A stretch of DNA of 64,000 nt from an uncultured SAR116 cluster alpha proteobacterium (GCA_902622875.1 CACNRW010000011.1:6289-70288); one strand, 5' to 3'. Shown: positions 20,018-30,397, numbered from the stretch's first letter. Program-made: numbers and translations. Notes: generated by a model not told the origin, from the sequence alone.

Positions 20018-21598
20018 ATGCTTAATTTTAAAAAAAGCATAGTTGGAGTTTTAACTCTAGCTGCTTTCACCTTTACGGGAAACGCTGTTTTAGCAGCATC
20101 GTGTCCTAAAACAGGTGGTATAATGAAGTTTGGCGTAAAAGCTGAACCGCCAACTTATGATATGCATGGAACAAATTCTTACGCAGTGATGCATTTTGTT
20201 GCACAACATTACTCAACACTTTTAACTTTTGATTGGAATAAATTTCCAAAATTGGAAGGTGATGTTGCAGACACTTGGAATCAATCTGCAGATGGTCTCA
20301 AATATACTTTTAAGCTTAAAAAAGGTATAAAGTTCCACGATGGAACAGCTTTAACTTCTGCTGACGTAAAGGCTACTTATGATAGACTTAGAAATCCACC
20401 AAAAGGTGTAATTTCTGTAAGAAAAGCTCTTTTTTCATCAATTTCTTCAATCGAAACACCTGACGATAATACTGTCGTGTTTAATTTAAGTAAACCAGAC
20501 GCATTTATGATGGATGGTTTTGCATCACCTTTTAACGCTATTTATTCAGCTAAAGATATTGCTAAAGACCCAAAGTGGCATTTAAAAAATATTAATGGTA
20601 CAGGTCCTTACAAGTTTACCAGTCACTCAAAAGGTGAAAGCTGGAAAGCTGCTAAATACGATGATTTTCATCATGGCGACAACTGTTTAGATGGTACTGA
20701 AGGTTACAGAATTAAAAAATTAGGTGAGCCTTTAATTGGTGGTCAAATCATGGCTGAATGGAGAGGAACCTCTCCTCCTGAAAGAGTTATGCTAAAAAAA
20801 GAAATGGGTGACGATGTTTCATTCCAAGCTAAAACACTTATGACACTTTGGGTAGTATCATTAAATAGTAAAACTGAAGCATTTAAGAATAAAAAAGTTA
20901 GACAAGCTATAAATATGTGTATTGATAGACATGCTGGTCTAAAAAAATTAGCTAAAATAACTTTTACTGCACCTAGACCTTCAGGTTATTTGTTATATAA
21001 CTCTACATATGCACTACCAGATGAAGAATTATATAAAATCCCAGGTTTTACTAAAGACATAGATGCAAGTAGAAAAAAAGCTATGGCGATGCTTAAAGAA
21101 GCTGGAGCTGAAGGTTTAGAATTTACATATAGTAACAGAGCTGTTTCACACCCATATGACCATATTGCTATTTGGTTGATGTCAGAGTGGAAAAAGTGTG
21201 GTTTAAAACCAAAAATGATAACTAACCCAACTTCTAAATTCGTAAAAATTAGAAGAGAAGGTGGTTTTGATGCTACAATTGACTGGGCACCATCATTTTT
21301 ACCTGATCCTACTCTAATGCATTTTAAATATATTTCTGCTGATAGAACTGCATCTAATTATTCTAAAAATATTGATAGAGACTTAGATAAGTTGTTTGAT
21401 GCTCAAGCTGGCGAAACAGATGTAGAAAAAAGAAAATCTATTGTTCATCAGTTTGAAAAGAAAGCATTAGAAAATGCTTGGGTACTTCCAGTAACATATA
21501 CTGACAGGGTTATAGCTTTAAATAGTAAAGTTAAAGGATATGTTATTGCAAACTCGCACATTTTAAATAATACTTGGCGTGGAGTTTATTTAGATTAA
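20018..21598 (+). CDS. ABC substrate-binding protein, family 5 (Dpp/Opp-like)
   Basis: Signal peptide, FHDGTALTSADVKAT, GTGPYK, KVRQAI; GGAGG RBS. Confidence 0.93.
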   Translation: MLNFKKSIVGVLTLAAFTFTGNAVLAASCPKTGGIMKFGVKAEPPTYDMHGTNSYAVMHFVAQHYSTLLTFDWNKFPKLEGDVADTWNQSADGLKYTFKLKKGIKFHDGTALTSADVKATYDRLRNPPKGVISVRKALFSSISSIETPDDNTVVFNLSKPDAFMMDGFASPFNAIYSAKDIAKDPKWHLKNINGTGPYKFTSHSKGESWKAAKYDDFHHGDNCLDGTEGYRIKKLGEPLIGGQIMAEWRGTSPPERVMLKKEMGDDVSFQAKTLMTLWVVSLNSKTEAFKNKKVRQAINMCIDRHAGLKKLAKITFTAPRPSGYLLYNSTYALPDEELYKIPGFTKDIDASRKKAMAMLKEAGAEGLEFTYSNRAVSHPYDHIAIWLMSEWKKCGLKPKMITNPTSKFVKIRREGGFDATIDWAPSFLPDPTLMHFKYISADRTASNYSKNIDRDLDKLFDAQAGETDVEKRKSIVHQFEKKALENAWVLPVTYTDRVIALNSKVKGYVIANSHILNNTWRGVYLD

Positions 21599-21605
21599 TA
21601 ATTAT

Positions 21606-21639
21606 TTTAAGGGCAAAGATTAATTTCTTTGCCCTTAAA
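21606..21639 (+). terminator. Hairpin after the ABC SBP gene (terminator/mRNA stabiliser)
   Basis: TTTAAGGGCAAAGA (21606-21619) / TCTTTGCCCTTAAA (21626-21639) perfect 14-bp stem. Confidence 0.75.
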
Positions 21640-21671
21640 TATTGATCTTTTTTCTTAAGGTTTCCTAAAAT

Positions 21672-22625
21672 ATGTTGAAATACGCCATCAAAAGAATTCT
21701 TTTAATGATACCCACTTTACTTGCAGTTGCTGTATTAGTTTTTCTTGTTTTAAGAGTGGTTCCTGGTGATATTGTGGAATTAAAACTTACTGCTGAAGGT
21801 GGAGAAGTTTCCCTAGAACAAATTGAGGCTGAAAAAACTAGATTAGGATTAAATGATCCTCTTCATATTCAATTTATAAAATATATGTCTGGTCTTCCAA
21901 GAGGTGACTTAGGTATATCTTTGTGGACAGAAGAACCTGTATCCGAAGAAATTTTTGCAAGAATAGGATTATCTTTTGAATTAGCTCTTCTATCTACATT
22001 TCTAGCTGTTATAATAGCCTTTCCTTTAGGTACTCTTTCGGCTTTATTTCGAGGGACATTTATTGATTATGTTATAAGAATTATTACAATTGGAGGAATT
22101 GCAGTTCCTTCATTTTGGTTAGGTATGCTTTTAATAATGTTAGTTCTTAGTTTTGGAAAACTTCCACCTCTAGGGACAGTAAGTCTGTTTGTAGACCCTC
22201 TTACAAACTTTAATCAGATGATTTGGCCAGCAATATCAGTTGGTTATAGATATACATCGGTTGTTTCTAGAATGTTAAGATCTTCAATTCTTGAAGTTTT
22301 ATCAGAAGACTATATTAGAACTGCTAGAGCAAAAGGCCTATATGAAAAAATTGTTATTGTTAAACATGGTATGAGAAACGCCCTATTACCTACTATAACA
22401 GTTATCGGTTTAGAGTTTGCCTTTTTATTAGGTGGATTAGTTGTAACAGAATCTGTCTTTAATTTAAATGGCATCGGTAAATTATTTGTAGATAGTGTAG
22501 TTAGAAATGATTTAAATTTACTACAAGGACTAGTATTAACTGTTGCTACTTCGTTTGTTGTAATTAACTTAATTATTGATTTATTTTACGCTGCATTAGA
22601 TCCAAGAATAAGGTATCAGTCATGA
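21672..22625 (+). CDS. ABC permease (DppB/OppB family)
   Basis: PGD, GDLGIS, PSFWLG, EDYIRTARAKG, LDPRIR. Confidence 0.95.
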   Translation: MLKYAIKRILLMIPTLLAVAVLVFLVLRVVPGDIVELKLTAEGGEVSLEQIEAEKTRLGLNDPLHIQFIKYMSGLPRGDLGISLWTEEPVSEEIFARIGLSFELALLSTFLAVIIAFPLGTLSALFRGTFIDYVIRIITIGGIAVPSFWLGMLLIMLVLSFGKLPPLGTVSLFVDPLTNFNQMIWPAISVGYRYTSVVSRMLRSSILEVLSEDYIRTARAKGLYEKIVIVKHGMRNALLPTITVIGLEFAFLLGGLVVTESVFNLNGIGKLFVDSVVRNDLNLLQGLVLTVATSFVVINLIIDLFYAALDPRIRYQS

Positions 22626-23512
22626 GTGAAGTACCATTAAATACTCAAAAAAGAAGAACTGTTTTAGATTTTATAATTCAACAACCCCTAGGGTTCATTG
22701 GATTAATTATGATTATTATAATGTTTACTGCTGCGATTTTTGCACCCCATGTTGCTCCATTTAATCCGGAAGATGTTGATTTTGAAGCATCACCTGCTTT
22801 AGGTGGCGGCCAACCTTCTTGGGAACATCTCTTAGGTGCTGACGCTTTTGGAAGAGATATACTATCTAGATTAATTTACGGTGCTAGAACTGCATTATCT
22901 ATTGGATTTTTATCTGCAATGTTAGGATGTACGGTTGGTGCAATTATTGGTACAACCTCAGCTTTTTATGGTGGTAAGGTTGACCTTTTAATACAAAGAT
23001 TTATAGATTTAATGTTGTCTTTTCCGATTGTTGTCTTAGCTATTGTTGTAATAGCAATTTTTCCTAAAACAGTTATAGTTGGTATAGATATAAACGTTAT
23101 AATTGCAATAGCAATACCATTTACTCCTAAAGTAGCTAGAGTAATTAGAGCTCAAGCTTTAACTATAGTTACATTACCTTATATTGACGCAGCTAAAGCT
23201 AGTGGTTACAGCGCATCAAGAATAATTTTTCGACATATTTTACCCAATGTCACGGCTCCTTATCTAATTATGTTAACTGCTTTTATTGGCCAGGCTATTT
23301 TATTGGAGGCAAGTCTGTCATATTTAGGACTTGGTGTTGTAGAACCAACTCCTTCCTGGGGCTTAATGTTATCTGGAGTTAACAGTGATTATTATAGAAC
23401 TGCTGCATGGATGATTATATATCCAGGGTTAGCTGTAAGCATCGCAGTGTTTTCATTTAATTTATTAGGCGACTCTTTAAGAGATTGGTTGGATCCTAAA
23501 TTAAAACTTTAA
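22622..23512 (+). CDS. ABC permease (DppC/OppC family)
   Basis: HLLGADAFGRD, FRHILPN, EASLSYLGLG, GDSLRDWLDP; ATGA overlap with upstream gene. Confidence 0.95.
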   Translation: MSEVPLNTQKRRTVLDFIIQQPLGFIGLIMIIIMFTAAIFAPHVAPFNPEDVDFEASPALGGGQPSWEHLLGADAFGRDILSRLIYGARTALSIGFLSAMLGCTVGAIIGTTSAFYGGKVDLLIQRFIDLMLSFPIVVLAIVVIAIFPKTVIVGIDINVIIAIAIPFTPKVARVIRAQALTIVTLPYIDAAKASGYSASRIIFRHILPNVTAPYLIMLTAFIGQAILLEASLSYLGLGVVEPTPSWGLMLSGVNSDYYRTAAWMIIYPGLAVSIAVFSFNLLGDSLRDWLDPKLKL

Positions 23513-23524
23513 AATTTTATAATA

Positions 23525-24382
23525 ATGAATAATCCAATTATATCAGTAGTAGGCCTTGGTAAAATGGGCTTAGGTATTTATAAAAGATTATGTCATGAAA
23601 ATATTATACTTTATGGTTATGACAATAACTTTAAAATTATAAAAAATAATACTTATATAAATTTTCTAGAAATTGAAAAACTTTTAGAATTATCTGACTT
23701 AGTTTTATTTGTAGTACCATCAAATGATGAAATTTTTGATATAGTTAAAAAATATAAACTTAAAAAAAATAGTGTTTTTTTAGATTTAACAACATCTATG
23801 CCTGATCAAACTATTAAAATTAAAAAATATCTTTGTAAAAAAAATGTTGAATATTTTGATGCTGCAATGTCTGGCGGTGCAAATGGTGCAAACAATGGAA
23901 CATTAACTTTAATGGTTGGCGCTAAAGAAACCCAATTAAATAAATATAAATCTGTCCTCGATAAAATTTCACAAAATATATTTTTCTATGGCAAAGTTGG
24001 TTCTGGTCATTCAATGAAACTACTCCATAACTCAGTGTGTCATGGAATATTTCTAATGATGTGTGAAATAGGACATTTAGGCGAGGAAATGGGTATCAAT
24101 TTAAATGATTTAATTGAAACGTTTAATGTTTCAAATGCAAGAAGTTTTATAAGCCAACATAGATTTCCAAATCATATTCTTAACAATAAATTCGATGGCA
24201 ATTCATATTTGAAAAATTTAAAGAAAGACTTAGATATGATCGAATCAATCTCAAATGAAAGTAAAAACAGTAATAATTATATTCAATTAACAAATAAACT
24301 TTTAAAAAATTTCAATAAAAATTTTGATAACTACGATTTCACACAATTATATAAATTGTGGCAAAATAATATAAAAAATTAA
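23525..24382 (+). CDS. Beta-hydroxyacid dehydrogenase (3-hydroxyisobutyrate DH family)
   Basis: VGLGKMG, DAAMSGG, GSGHSMKLLHN. Confidence 0.85.
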   Translation: MNNPIISVVGLGKMGLGIYKRLCHENIILYGYDNNFKIIKNNTYINFLEIEKLLELSDLVLFVVPSNDEIFDIVKKYKLKKNSVFLDLTTSMPDQTIKIKKYLCKKNVEYFDAAMSGGANGANNGTLTLMVGAKETQLNKYKSVLDKISQNIFFYGKVGSGHSMKLLHNSVCHGIFLMMCEIGHLGEEMGINLNDLIETFNVSNARSFISQHRFPNHILNNKFDGNSYLKNLKKDLDMIESISNESKNSNNYIQLTNKLLKNFNKNFDNYDFTQLYKLWQNNIKN

Positions 24383-24383
24383 T

Positions 24384-25274
24384 TTAATCTCTTTTAATAT
24401 TTGCGTTGTTCTCAATTGCTTTTAATACAGATGCAGCATCTTTATTAAAATATCCTTGAGCAACTGCAGCATAGTAATATTGAAGTGCCACTTGATAGAT
24501 TGGTAATGGCATCATGTATTTTTTTGATAAATCAGTAATGAAAGCAGAATCTTTAATTGGAGTTGAAAAGTTCATGCCTTCTCTATTATAATCCTCTTCA
24601 ACCATCAATTTACCTCTATTTTCAAAAACTCCAGATGATGAGAATGTGCCTGATATTGCATCGTGAATTATTTTAGGATCTAGACCAGATTTAATGCCCA
24701 ATCCTATAACCTCTGCTGAAACTGCGTTATGTACTAAATTTAATATGTTACCAATCAACTTCATAATTGTCCCATTACCAAAATCACCAACATCAGTGAC
24801 TTTTTGACAAAAAATTTCTAAAATTTTTTGAATTTCCTTTTTATTTTTATCACAGCCGCTCAAATATGCGGATAGCTTTCCCTCTAAAGCTGCTACCCTA
24901 TTACCTGATAAAGGAGCATCAAAAATTGTTATTTTCTTTTCTAGCAAAATATTTTTTGCTTCTAACTTACAATCTAACGGCAAAGTAGAGGTTTCAATAA
25001 TGATCAATTTATCATTTTCAGACAATGACTTAGCAACATTTAATAGACTGGTCTCAGAAGGTAAGGACGTAATTAAAATTTTACAGTTATCACTAATTTT
25101 ATCGATTGAATCATAGGCTTTAATTTTATTACTTTTAAGTCCCTCAAATACTTTTTCATTTATATCATATCCGCTAATATATATATTTTTATCTATAAAG
25201 TTTTTGGCTATTGCAGAGCCTAATACTCCTAAACCTATAATACCAATATTTTTTTCAAAAGATGATTTTGTCAT
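24384..25274 (-). CDS. Beta-hydroxyacid dehydrogenase family
   Basis: IGLGVLG, ETST, DAPLSG, GNGTIMKL. Confidence 0.88.
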   Translation of the reverse strand: MTKSSFEKNIGIIGLGVLGSAIAKNFIDKNIYISGYDINEKVFEGLKSNKIKAYDSIDKISDNCKILITSLPSETSLLNVAKSLSENDKLIIIETSTLPLDCKLEAKNILLEKKITIFDAPLSGNRVAALEGKLSAYLSGCDKNKKEIQKILEIFCQKVTDVGDFGNGTIMKLIGNILNLVHNAVSAEVIGLGIKSGLDPKIIHDAISGTFSSSGVFENRGKLMVEEDYNREGMNFSTPIKDSAFITDLSKKYMMPLPIYQVALQYYYAAVAQGYFNKDAASVLKAIENNANIKRD

Positions 25275-25352
25275 TTTTTATAATAATTTGTTAATCTACT
25301 AATCATAGGTGATATGATAATTTTTAACAATTCATATCTATGGAGAACATTA

Positions 25353-26051
25353 ATGGTACAAAATAATCTTAAAAGTTACCAAAATAAAATGAATTCACTA
25401 CTTAATCTTAATTTTTCTAACTTATGTGTATTGACTGTAGACATGCAGAACGAATACTTAGATAAAGACCATGGCACCTCTCCTCTGGCTTCAGATGATG
25501 TTAAAAATATTATTAAAAATACTACAGAATTTCTTGCTAACATGAGAAAAAATAATGTGCCAATTATCCATTGCTATGTTGTAAGAAGGAAAGAGGAAAT
25601 AAAAAAAAATTTTTTTATAAGCCCATACATAGATGTAAGTCAGTCAAATAATTTATCTCAAAATGTTCAAGCACAAGCAAGAAAAAAGCCCGAAAGAGTA
25701 GAAGGAACTATATCTTCTATGTTACCAGAATGCCTTATAGGAGAGCGAGATATTCATGTAACAAGTAAGAGGAACTTTGATTCTTTTCATGAAACAGAAC
25801 TTCATCAATTGATTAGCCGAATACTGGGCATAGAAAATATTTTAATATGTGGTGTTAATACTGATACTTGTGTATATGGAACAACTTTTGGTGCCAGTAA
25901 TAGAGGCTACAAACCCATAATAGTAGAAGATTGTGTTGGCAGTATGAGAGGAAAAGATCAACATGCTTCAGCACTTAAAATTATTTCAAAATCTATTGGT
26001 TGGGTAATTAAAAAGAAAGAAATTTATGAAAAGCTTGGTATTAAAAAATAA
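25353..26051 (+). CDS. Isochorismatase/cysteine hydrolase family amidase
   Basis: Asp-Lys-Cys triad VDMQN / SKRNFDSF / GVNTDTCV; ATG 25353 has a GGAG RBS (ORF track starts at 25314). Confidence 0.88.
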   Translation: MVQNNLKSYQNKMNSLLNLNFSNLCVLTVDMQNEYLDKDHGTSPLASDDVKNIIKNTTEFLANMRKNNVPIIHCYVVRRKEEIKKNFFISPYIDVSQSNNLSQNVQAQARKKPERVEGTISSMLPECLIGERDIHVTSKRNFDSFHETELHQLISRILGIENILICGVNTDTCVYGTTFGASNRGYKPIIVEDCVGSMRGKDQHASALKIISKSIGWVIKKKEIYEKLGIKK

Positions 26052-27069
26052 TTCCAGCTCTTCCAATTACGTTCCCTTTTTCTATTCTTTCGTGCAAATC
26101 ATTAGCTTGATAAGGGCTAACCTTTTCTGTAACAAGTGGTGTTATTAAACCACGTGATACAAGATTTAAGCTATCTATTACCTCTTGTTTTGAGCAATAC
26201 CTGCTTCCAATAATTTCAATTTCTTTTAACAACATATTCCCTGAATCAATATTAAAAAAATCTCCACTTCCTCCTAAAGTTACAAGACGACCTCCGCTTC
26301 CTAATAATTCAGTTCCTGTTTCTAATGAGCTTTTACTGGAAACAAAATCTATTACAACATCAAGGCCACTTTTGTTAGTAAAATCTTCGATGACTTCTTT
26401 TATAGAGTTTGAATTAGGATTTATGAATTCAGAAGCTCCTGAGTCACGACAAGATTTTTCTTTAATTTGTTTTGTCTCAATAGCAATAGTCTTAACATTA
26501 TATAGATTTAACATTCTAAGCATATGGATACCTAATCCACCTCCTGCTCCAATTACTCCTACCTTATCAGTTATGACAATTCTTGCTTTTTTGATAACTT
26601 TAAGAGGTGTTGCAATTGCATCAGAAATTATCCCAGTTTCTATAGGATTTTCTTTATAATTAATAGATGTAGGAATAGGTATAAAGTTCTTAGCTGGAAG
26701 AGAAATATATTCTGCATAACCACCATTGATCTGCCTACCAATGTAACCTTTAAAATTATTACATAAAGTTTCTCTATTTATTTTACACCATTTACAATGA
26801 CCACAAGTAAAATAAAAATAAGCAGTCACGGGCATACCAACTTTTAATTCACCACAATCTCCTCTTAATTCAATAATCTCAGCAGTAATTTCATGGCCTA
26901 TAATGATTGGAAAATGTACTTTAGTTCTTCCTGCTTTGACATGTTGAATTGTTAAACCAGAACCACAGGCTAATATCTTTGCAACGGCCTCTCCATTTTG
27001 AGGAATTGGATCTGGAACATCCTCAAATATAAACGGTTCGTGGGGTCCTTTTAAAATAAGAGCTTTCAA
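26041..27069 (-). CDS. Zn-binding medium-chain alcohol dehydrogenase family
   Basis: GHE, structural CGHCKWC...C, GAGGGLG. Confidence 0.88.
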   Translation of the reverse strand: MKALILKGPHEPFIFEDVPDPIPQNGEAVAKILACGSGLTIQHVKAGRTKVHFPIIIGHEITAEIIELRGDCGELKVGMPVTAYFYFTCGHCKWCKINRETLCNNFKGYIGRQINGGYAEYISLPAKNFIPIPTSINYKENPIETGIISDAIATPLKVIKKARIVITDKVGVIGAGGGLGIHMLRMLNLYNVKTIAIETKQIKEKSCRDSGASEFINPNSNSIKEVIEDFTNKSGLDVVIDFVSSKSSLETGTELLGSGGRLVTLGGSGDFFNIDSGNMLLKEIEIIGSRYCSKQEVIDSLNLVSRGLITPLVTEKVSPYQANDLHERIEKGNVIGRAGIIF

Positions 27070-27086
27070 GTTTATATACCTATAGA

Positions 27087-28220
27087 TTAAATATCTTGAA
27101 TTTTTAATATTTCTTTTTCTATATCGTCTGATATTTCAATTTTTTCTCCAATCTTACTTGAAGCATCCATTGCCATTGTCATAACTAGATTTTTGTGACC
27201 ATCATTTGCTGTTGCGTGTGGGGTGTTGGAACCAATATAAAGTCTTTGAAACCATGAATTAGTTTCTTCTCTCATCGGTCCCCATAATTGATTATTATAA
27301 ATATCGCCAGGAGGATATGATGTTAAAAAATCTACGTGCCTCGCTGCAGTAGGTTCAAAACCAGAAGGATTATATCCATGACCTTGTGGTTTGGTGCTCG
27401 CAAGTACTAAATCCCTATGCGTATCTTCAATATCAATAACTCCCTCAGTTCCAACTATTCCAATTTCTAGTCCGTATACTGATCCAGGCCAAACTGTAGG
27501 AAGAGCCCAACTAATGTTCATACTAAAAATTGTTCCATCGTCCATAGTGAAAATACCAAAAGTAGCATCTTTAGTTCCATGACTTTGTAGTTTTTTATCT
27601 ACAGATTGAGCAAAAATAGTTTTTGGATTTTTTCCTTCTAATAACCACAAAGACATATCTAAGCTATGAGTACCAGAAACCACCATTGGTGTTAAATTCT
27701 TTCGCTCATTTGTTCGTCTGACAGTTGCAATTGGTACCATACTATTCATAAAAGCTCTTGTTACAACAGAAGTGACATCTCCTATATTTTTGTCATTTAA
27801 TTTCTGTTTTACAGCTAGAAATCTTCTTCTAAATCTTTGAGTGTATCCTAAAACGGCATCAATTTTAGCAGCATTAATTGCATCTAAAACTTGTCTTGAT
27901 TCAATTAAATCTGTTGCAAGAGGTTTTTCTATAAATAAAGATGCATTAGCCTCTATTGCGGCCATAGTAGGTCCAAAATGATGATTTTCGTCAGTAGCTA
28001 TTATAACAGCATCAACCTCATCTCTTTTTATTAATTCGTTATAATCTTTAGTAAAAAAATCTGCTTTGCAATCATCAAATAATTTATTGCCTAGATCATT
28101 ATTAATGTCACATAAACCTATCCAGCCTATTCCTGGATAGTCTCTAGCCATTATAGCTCTAATTCTTCCAATGGTACCACATCCAACAATAGCTAAACCT
28201 ATTTGTCTTTTATTATTCAT
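27087..28220 (-). CDS. Gfo/Idh/MocA family oxidoreductase
   Basis: AIVGCGTIG, IEKP, GYTQRF, GTHSLD. Confidence 0.9.
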   Translation of the reverse strand: MNNKRQIGLAIVGCGTIGRIRAIMARDYPGIGWIGLCDINNDLGNKLFDDCKADFFTKDYNELIKRDEVDAVIIATDENHHFGPTMAAIEANASLFIEKPLATDLIESRQVLDAINAAKIDAVLGYTQRFRRRFLAVKQKLNDKNIGDVTSVVTRAFMNSMVPIATVRRTNERKNLTPMVVSGTHSLDMSLWLLEGKNPKTIFAQSVDKKLQSHGTKDATFGIFTMDDGTIFSMNISWALPTVWPGSVYGLEIGIVGTEGVIDIEDTHRDLVLASTKPQGHGYNPSGFEPTAARHVDFLTSYPPGDIYNNQLWGPMREETNSWFQRLYIGSNTPHATANDGHKNLVMTMAMDASSKIGEKIEISDDIEKEILKIQDI

Positions 28221-28232
28221 AGCAAGTACCCC

Positions 28233-30389
28233 CTAGTTTTCTAGTAGTTCTTTAGTAATGATTTCTTTTGTAAATGGCATGGTTTTAACTGTTTGTCCTA
28301 AAGCTTCAGCTATTGCATTTGAAATGGCTGCACCAGCAGGTCCTGCAACAACCTCCCCTACTCCTAAATAAGGAAATCCTTTTTGGTCTATAACACTAGT
28401 TTTTATATTTGGTATATTATCAAATTCAATAATTTTATAAGTATCCCAATCTTTTGAAATTATTTCTTTAGTGTCAAATTTAACTTCTTCGTACAAACTC
28501 CAACTTGCAGCTTGTATAAATCCACCTTCTACTTGGGCTTTAATGCCATCTTCGTAAGCCACTTCTCCAGCGTCGACAGAAATCCAAGCATTAATTAACT
28601 TAATTTTTAAATCATCATGTACTTTTAATTCCACACCAACAGCACAATAAGCTGCAGAATTTTTATATCTTGAAAAACCTATTCCTCTGTATGCACCACC
28701 GATTTGAATATCTATTATCATATGATCTTTTAAATTTTTTATAACATTAATAGCTCTTTCATCTCTTAAGTGGTTAATTCTAATTTCAAATGGATCAATA
28801 TTTTTAGTTTTTGCTAACTCATTTAAAAAACACTCAAGTGCAATAACATTTGAAAATGCACCTAAAGTTCTAAGGGCTGAAGTACGAAGTGGTAAGTCAT
28901 GAACTAAATTTTTAACTAATCTATTTTCTCCAAAATCATAGAGAGGATCTAAGTTTCTATGAATACCCATGTGTGCTTTAGTTTTGGGGGTAGATTTATG
29001 TTTAGTGAAATTATTATTAATGAAATTGTAACTAATAAAGTTATGAAGTTCTGTATTTGAAGGCCTGGTCATGTAAGTATCTGAAAAAGCCTCATTGGAC
29101 CAATAAACTATTTTACCTTTATCATTTATTACTCCTGTTAACTTGTTCAAGGAAGCGCTTCCATAAGGCTCCCAACAATTTTCATCTTCACGTGTCCACT
29201 TAAGTAAAATATGTATATCCGGAAATTCTTTAGACAAGATTGCTGCCTCGAATGCGACATCATCAGCTCCATTATGTCCATAGCAACCTGAGCCAGGTCT
29301 AAATTTGAGTGTAATATTGTTTGGATCTATTTTAAAGTATTCACTACATGATAATTTTAGGTCATATAAGGCTTGACTGTGTGAGTAAATAGTAAACTTT
29401 TTATCAGTAAAAATTGCACAAGCGGCCGAAGGCCCGATAGGACCGTGCATAAGATAGCCTTTTTTGTATTCACTAGTAAGAGTTGTATATTTCTTATCTT
29501 TAAATTCTTTTAAAGAAGGAATATTTTCATAAAAAGCTTCACCACCTGATTTGACCAAAAGACTTTCTTTATCGTTATTTTTCAGAGAGTTGTAGACAGT
29601 ATCTTCAGAAAGTTTTTTAACTTCCTCCCAAACTATATTTTGTTTAATAATATCTAAGTACTTAACAACTAAATATTCATCAGTTGATAAAATAGCTAAA
29701 AACGAATTTTTAACTATAATCTTAATATCCAATTTATTAATTTTTTGATCTATATTATTTGTAAATTTTATAAATTTTGAAAAGTAATTTGGTGGCCTTA
29801 TAATTCTAGCATGAAGCATTTTGGGAAATATCATGTCGTGAACATATTCATATTTTCCAGTAACTATGTCATGTATCGTTTTGATTTCTACCTTATGATC
29901 ATTTTTATAGTTAAATTCTCTAATTTCTTTTTCATCAAACTTTTCAGGAATAGTTAATTCATTAAATTCATTTGTTTTTGCATAATCCCAATAAGAAATA
30001 CTTTTATTAGATTTAATATCTTTAATAATTCCATTATCAAAAACTATATCTTCAAAATTTACATTCAAAGTTTTTAAAGAGTATTTCATAAAAGCTTTTC
30101 TTAAACTAAATGATGCGGCTTTGATGGCAGAACCAGAATCTGGAACAGATAAACTACTTGCAGTCTTACCTTCATTTGGAGATATATCTGTGTCTAATTT
30201 TATTATCTCAACTTGATCATAATTGATGCCAGTTATTTTTGACGAAATTAATGCAAGTGTTGAACTAATATGCTGACCAATGTCAATTTTACCAGAATAG
30301 ACTTGTAAAACATTGTTTTTATCGAAATTAAACCAATTTCTTAATTTTCCATATAATTTAATACTTGGGCCAGAATGAAAACTATTCAT
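28233..30389 (-). CDS. Molybdopterin-binding subunit, nicotinate dehydrogenase NicB-like (no cytochrome c domains)
   Basis: SGKIDIGQ, GSGCYGHNGADD, SALRTLGA, QVEGG, GVGE. Confidence 0.85.
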   Translation of the reverse strand: MNSFHSGPSIKLYGKLRNWFNFDKNNVLQVYSGKIDIGQHISSTLALISSKITGINYDQVEIIKLDTDISPNEGKTASSLSVPDSGSAIKAASFSLRKAFMKYSLKTLNVNFEDIVFDNGIIKDIKSNKSISYWDYAKTNEFNELTIPEKFDEKEIREFNYKNDHKVEIKTIHDIVTGKYEYVHDMIFPKMLHARIIRPPNYFSKFIKFTNNIDQKINKLDIKIIVKNSFLAILSTDEYLVVKYLDIIKQNIVWEEVKKLSEDTVYNSLKNNDKESLLVKSGGEAFYENIPSLKEFKDKKYTTLTSEYKKGYLMHGPIGPSAACAIFTDKKFTIYSHSQALYDLKLSCSEYFKIDPNNITLKFRPGSGCYGHNGADDVAFEAAILSKEFPDIHILLKWTREDENCWEPYGSASLNKLTGVINDKGKIVYWSNEAFSDTYMTRPSNTELHNFISYNFINNNFTKHKSTPKTKAHMGIHRNLDPLYDFGENRLVKNLVHDLPLRTSALRTLGAFSNVIALECFLNELAKTKNIDPFEIRINHLRDERAINVIKNLKDHMIIDIQIGGAYRGIGFSRYKNSAAYCAVGVELKVHDDLKIKLINAWISVDAGEVAYEDGIKAQVEGGFIQAASWSLYEEVKFDTKEIISKDWDTYKIIEFDNIPNIKTSVIDQKGFPYLGVGEVVAGPAGAAISNAIAEALGQTVKTMPFTKEIITKELLEN

Positions 30390-30397
30390 TTAAAATA

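Noticed and set aside
25302-25318. Palindrome ATCATA-GGTGA-TATGAT in the 25274/25353 divergent gap
   Set aside because: Spacing is ATCA-N9-TGAT, not N7, with no second element at +32; single occurrence, so not counted in the LysR regulon
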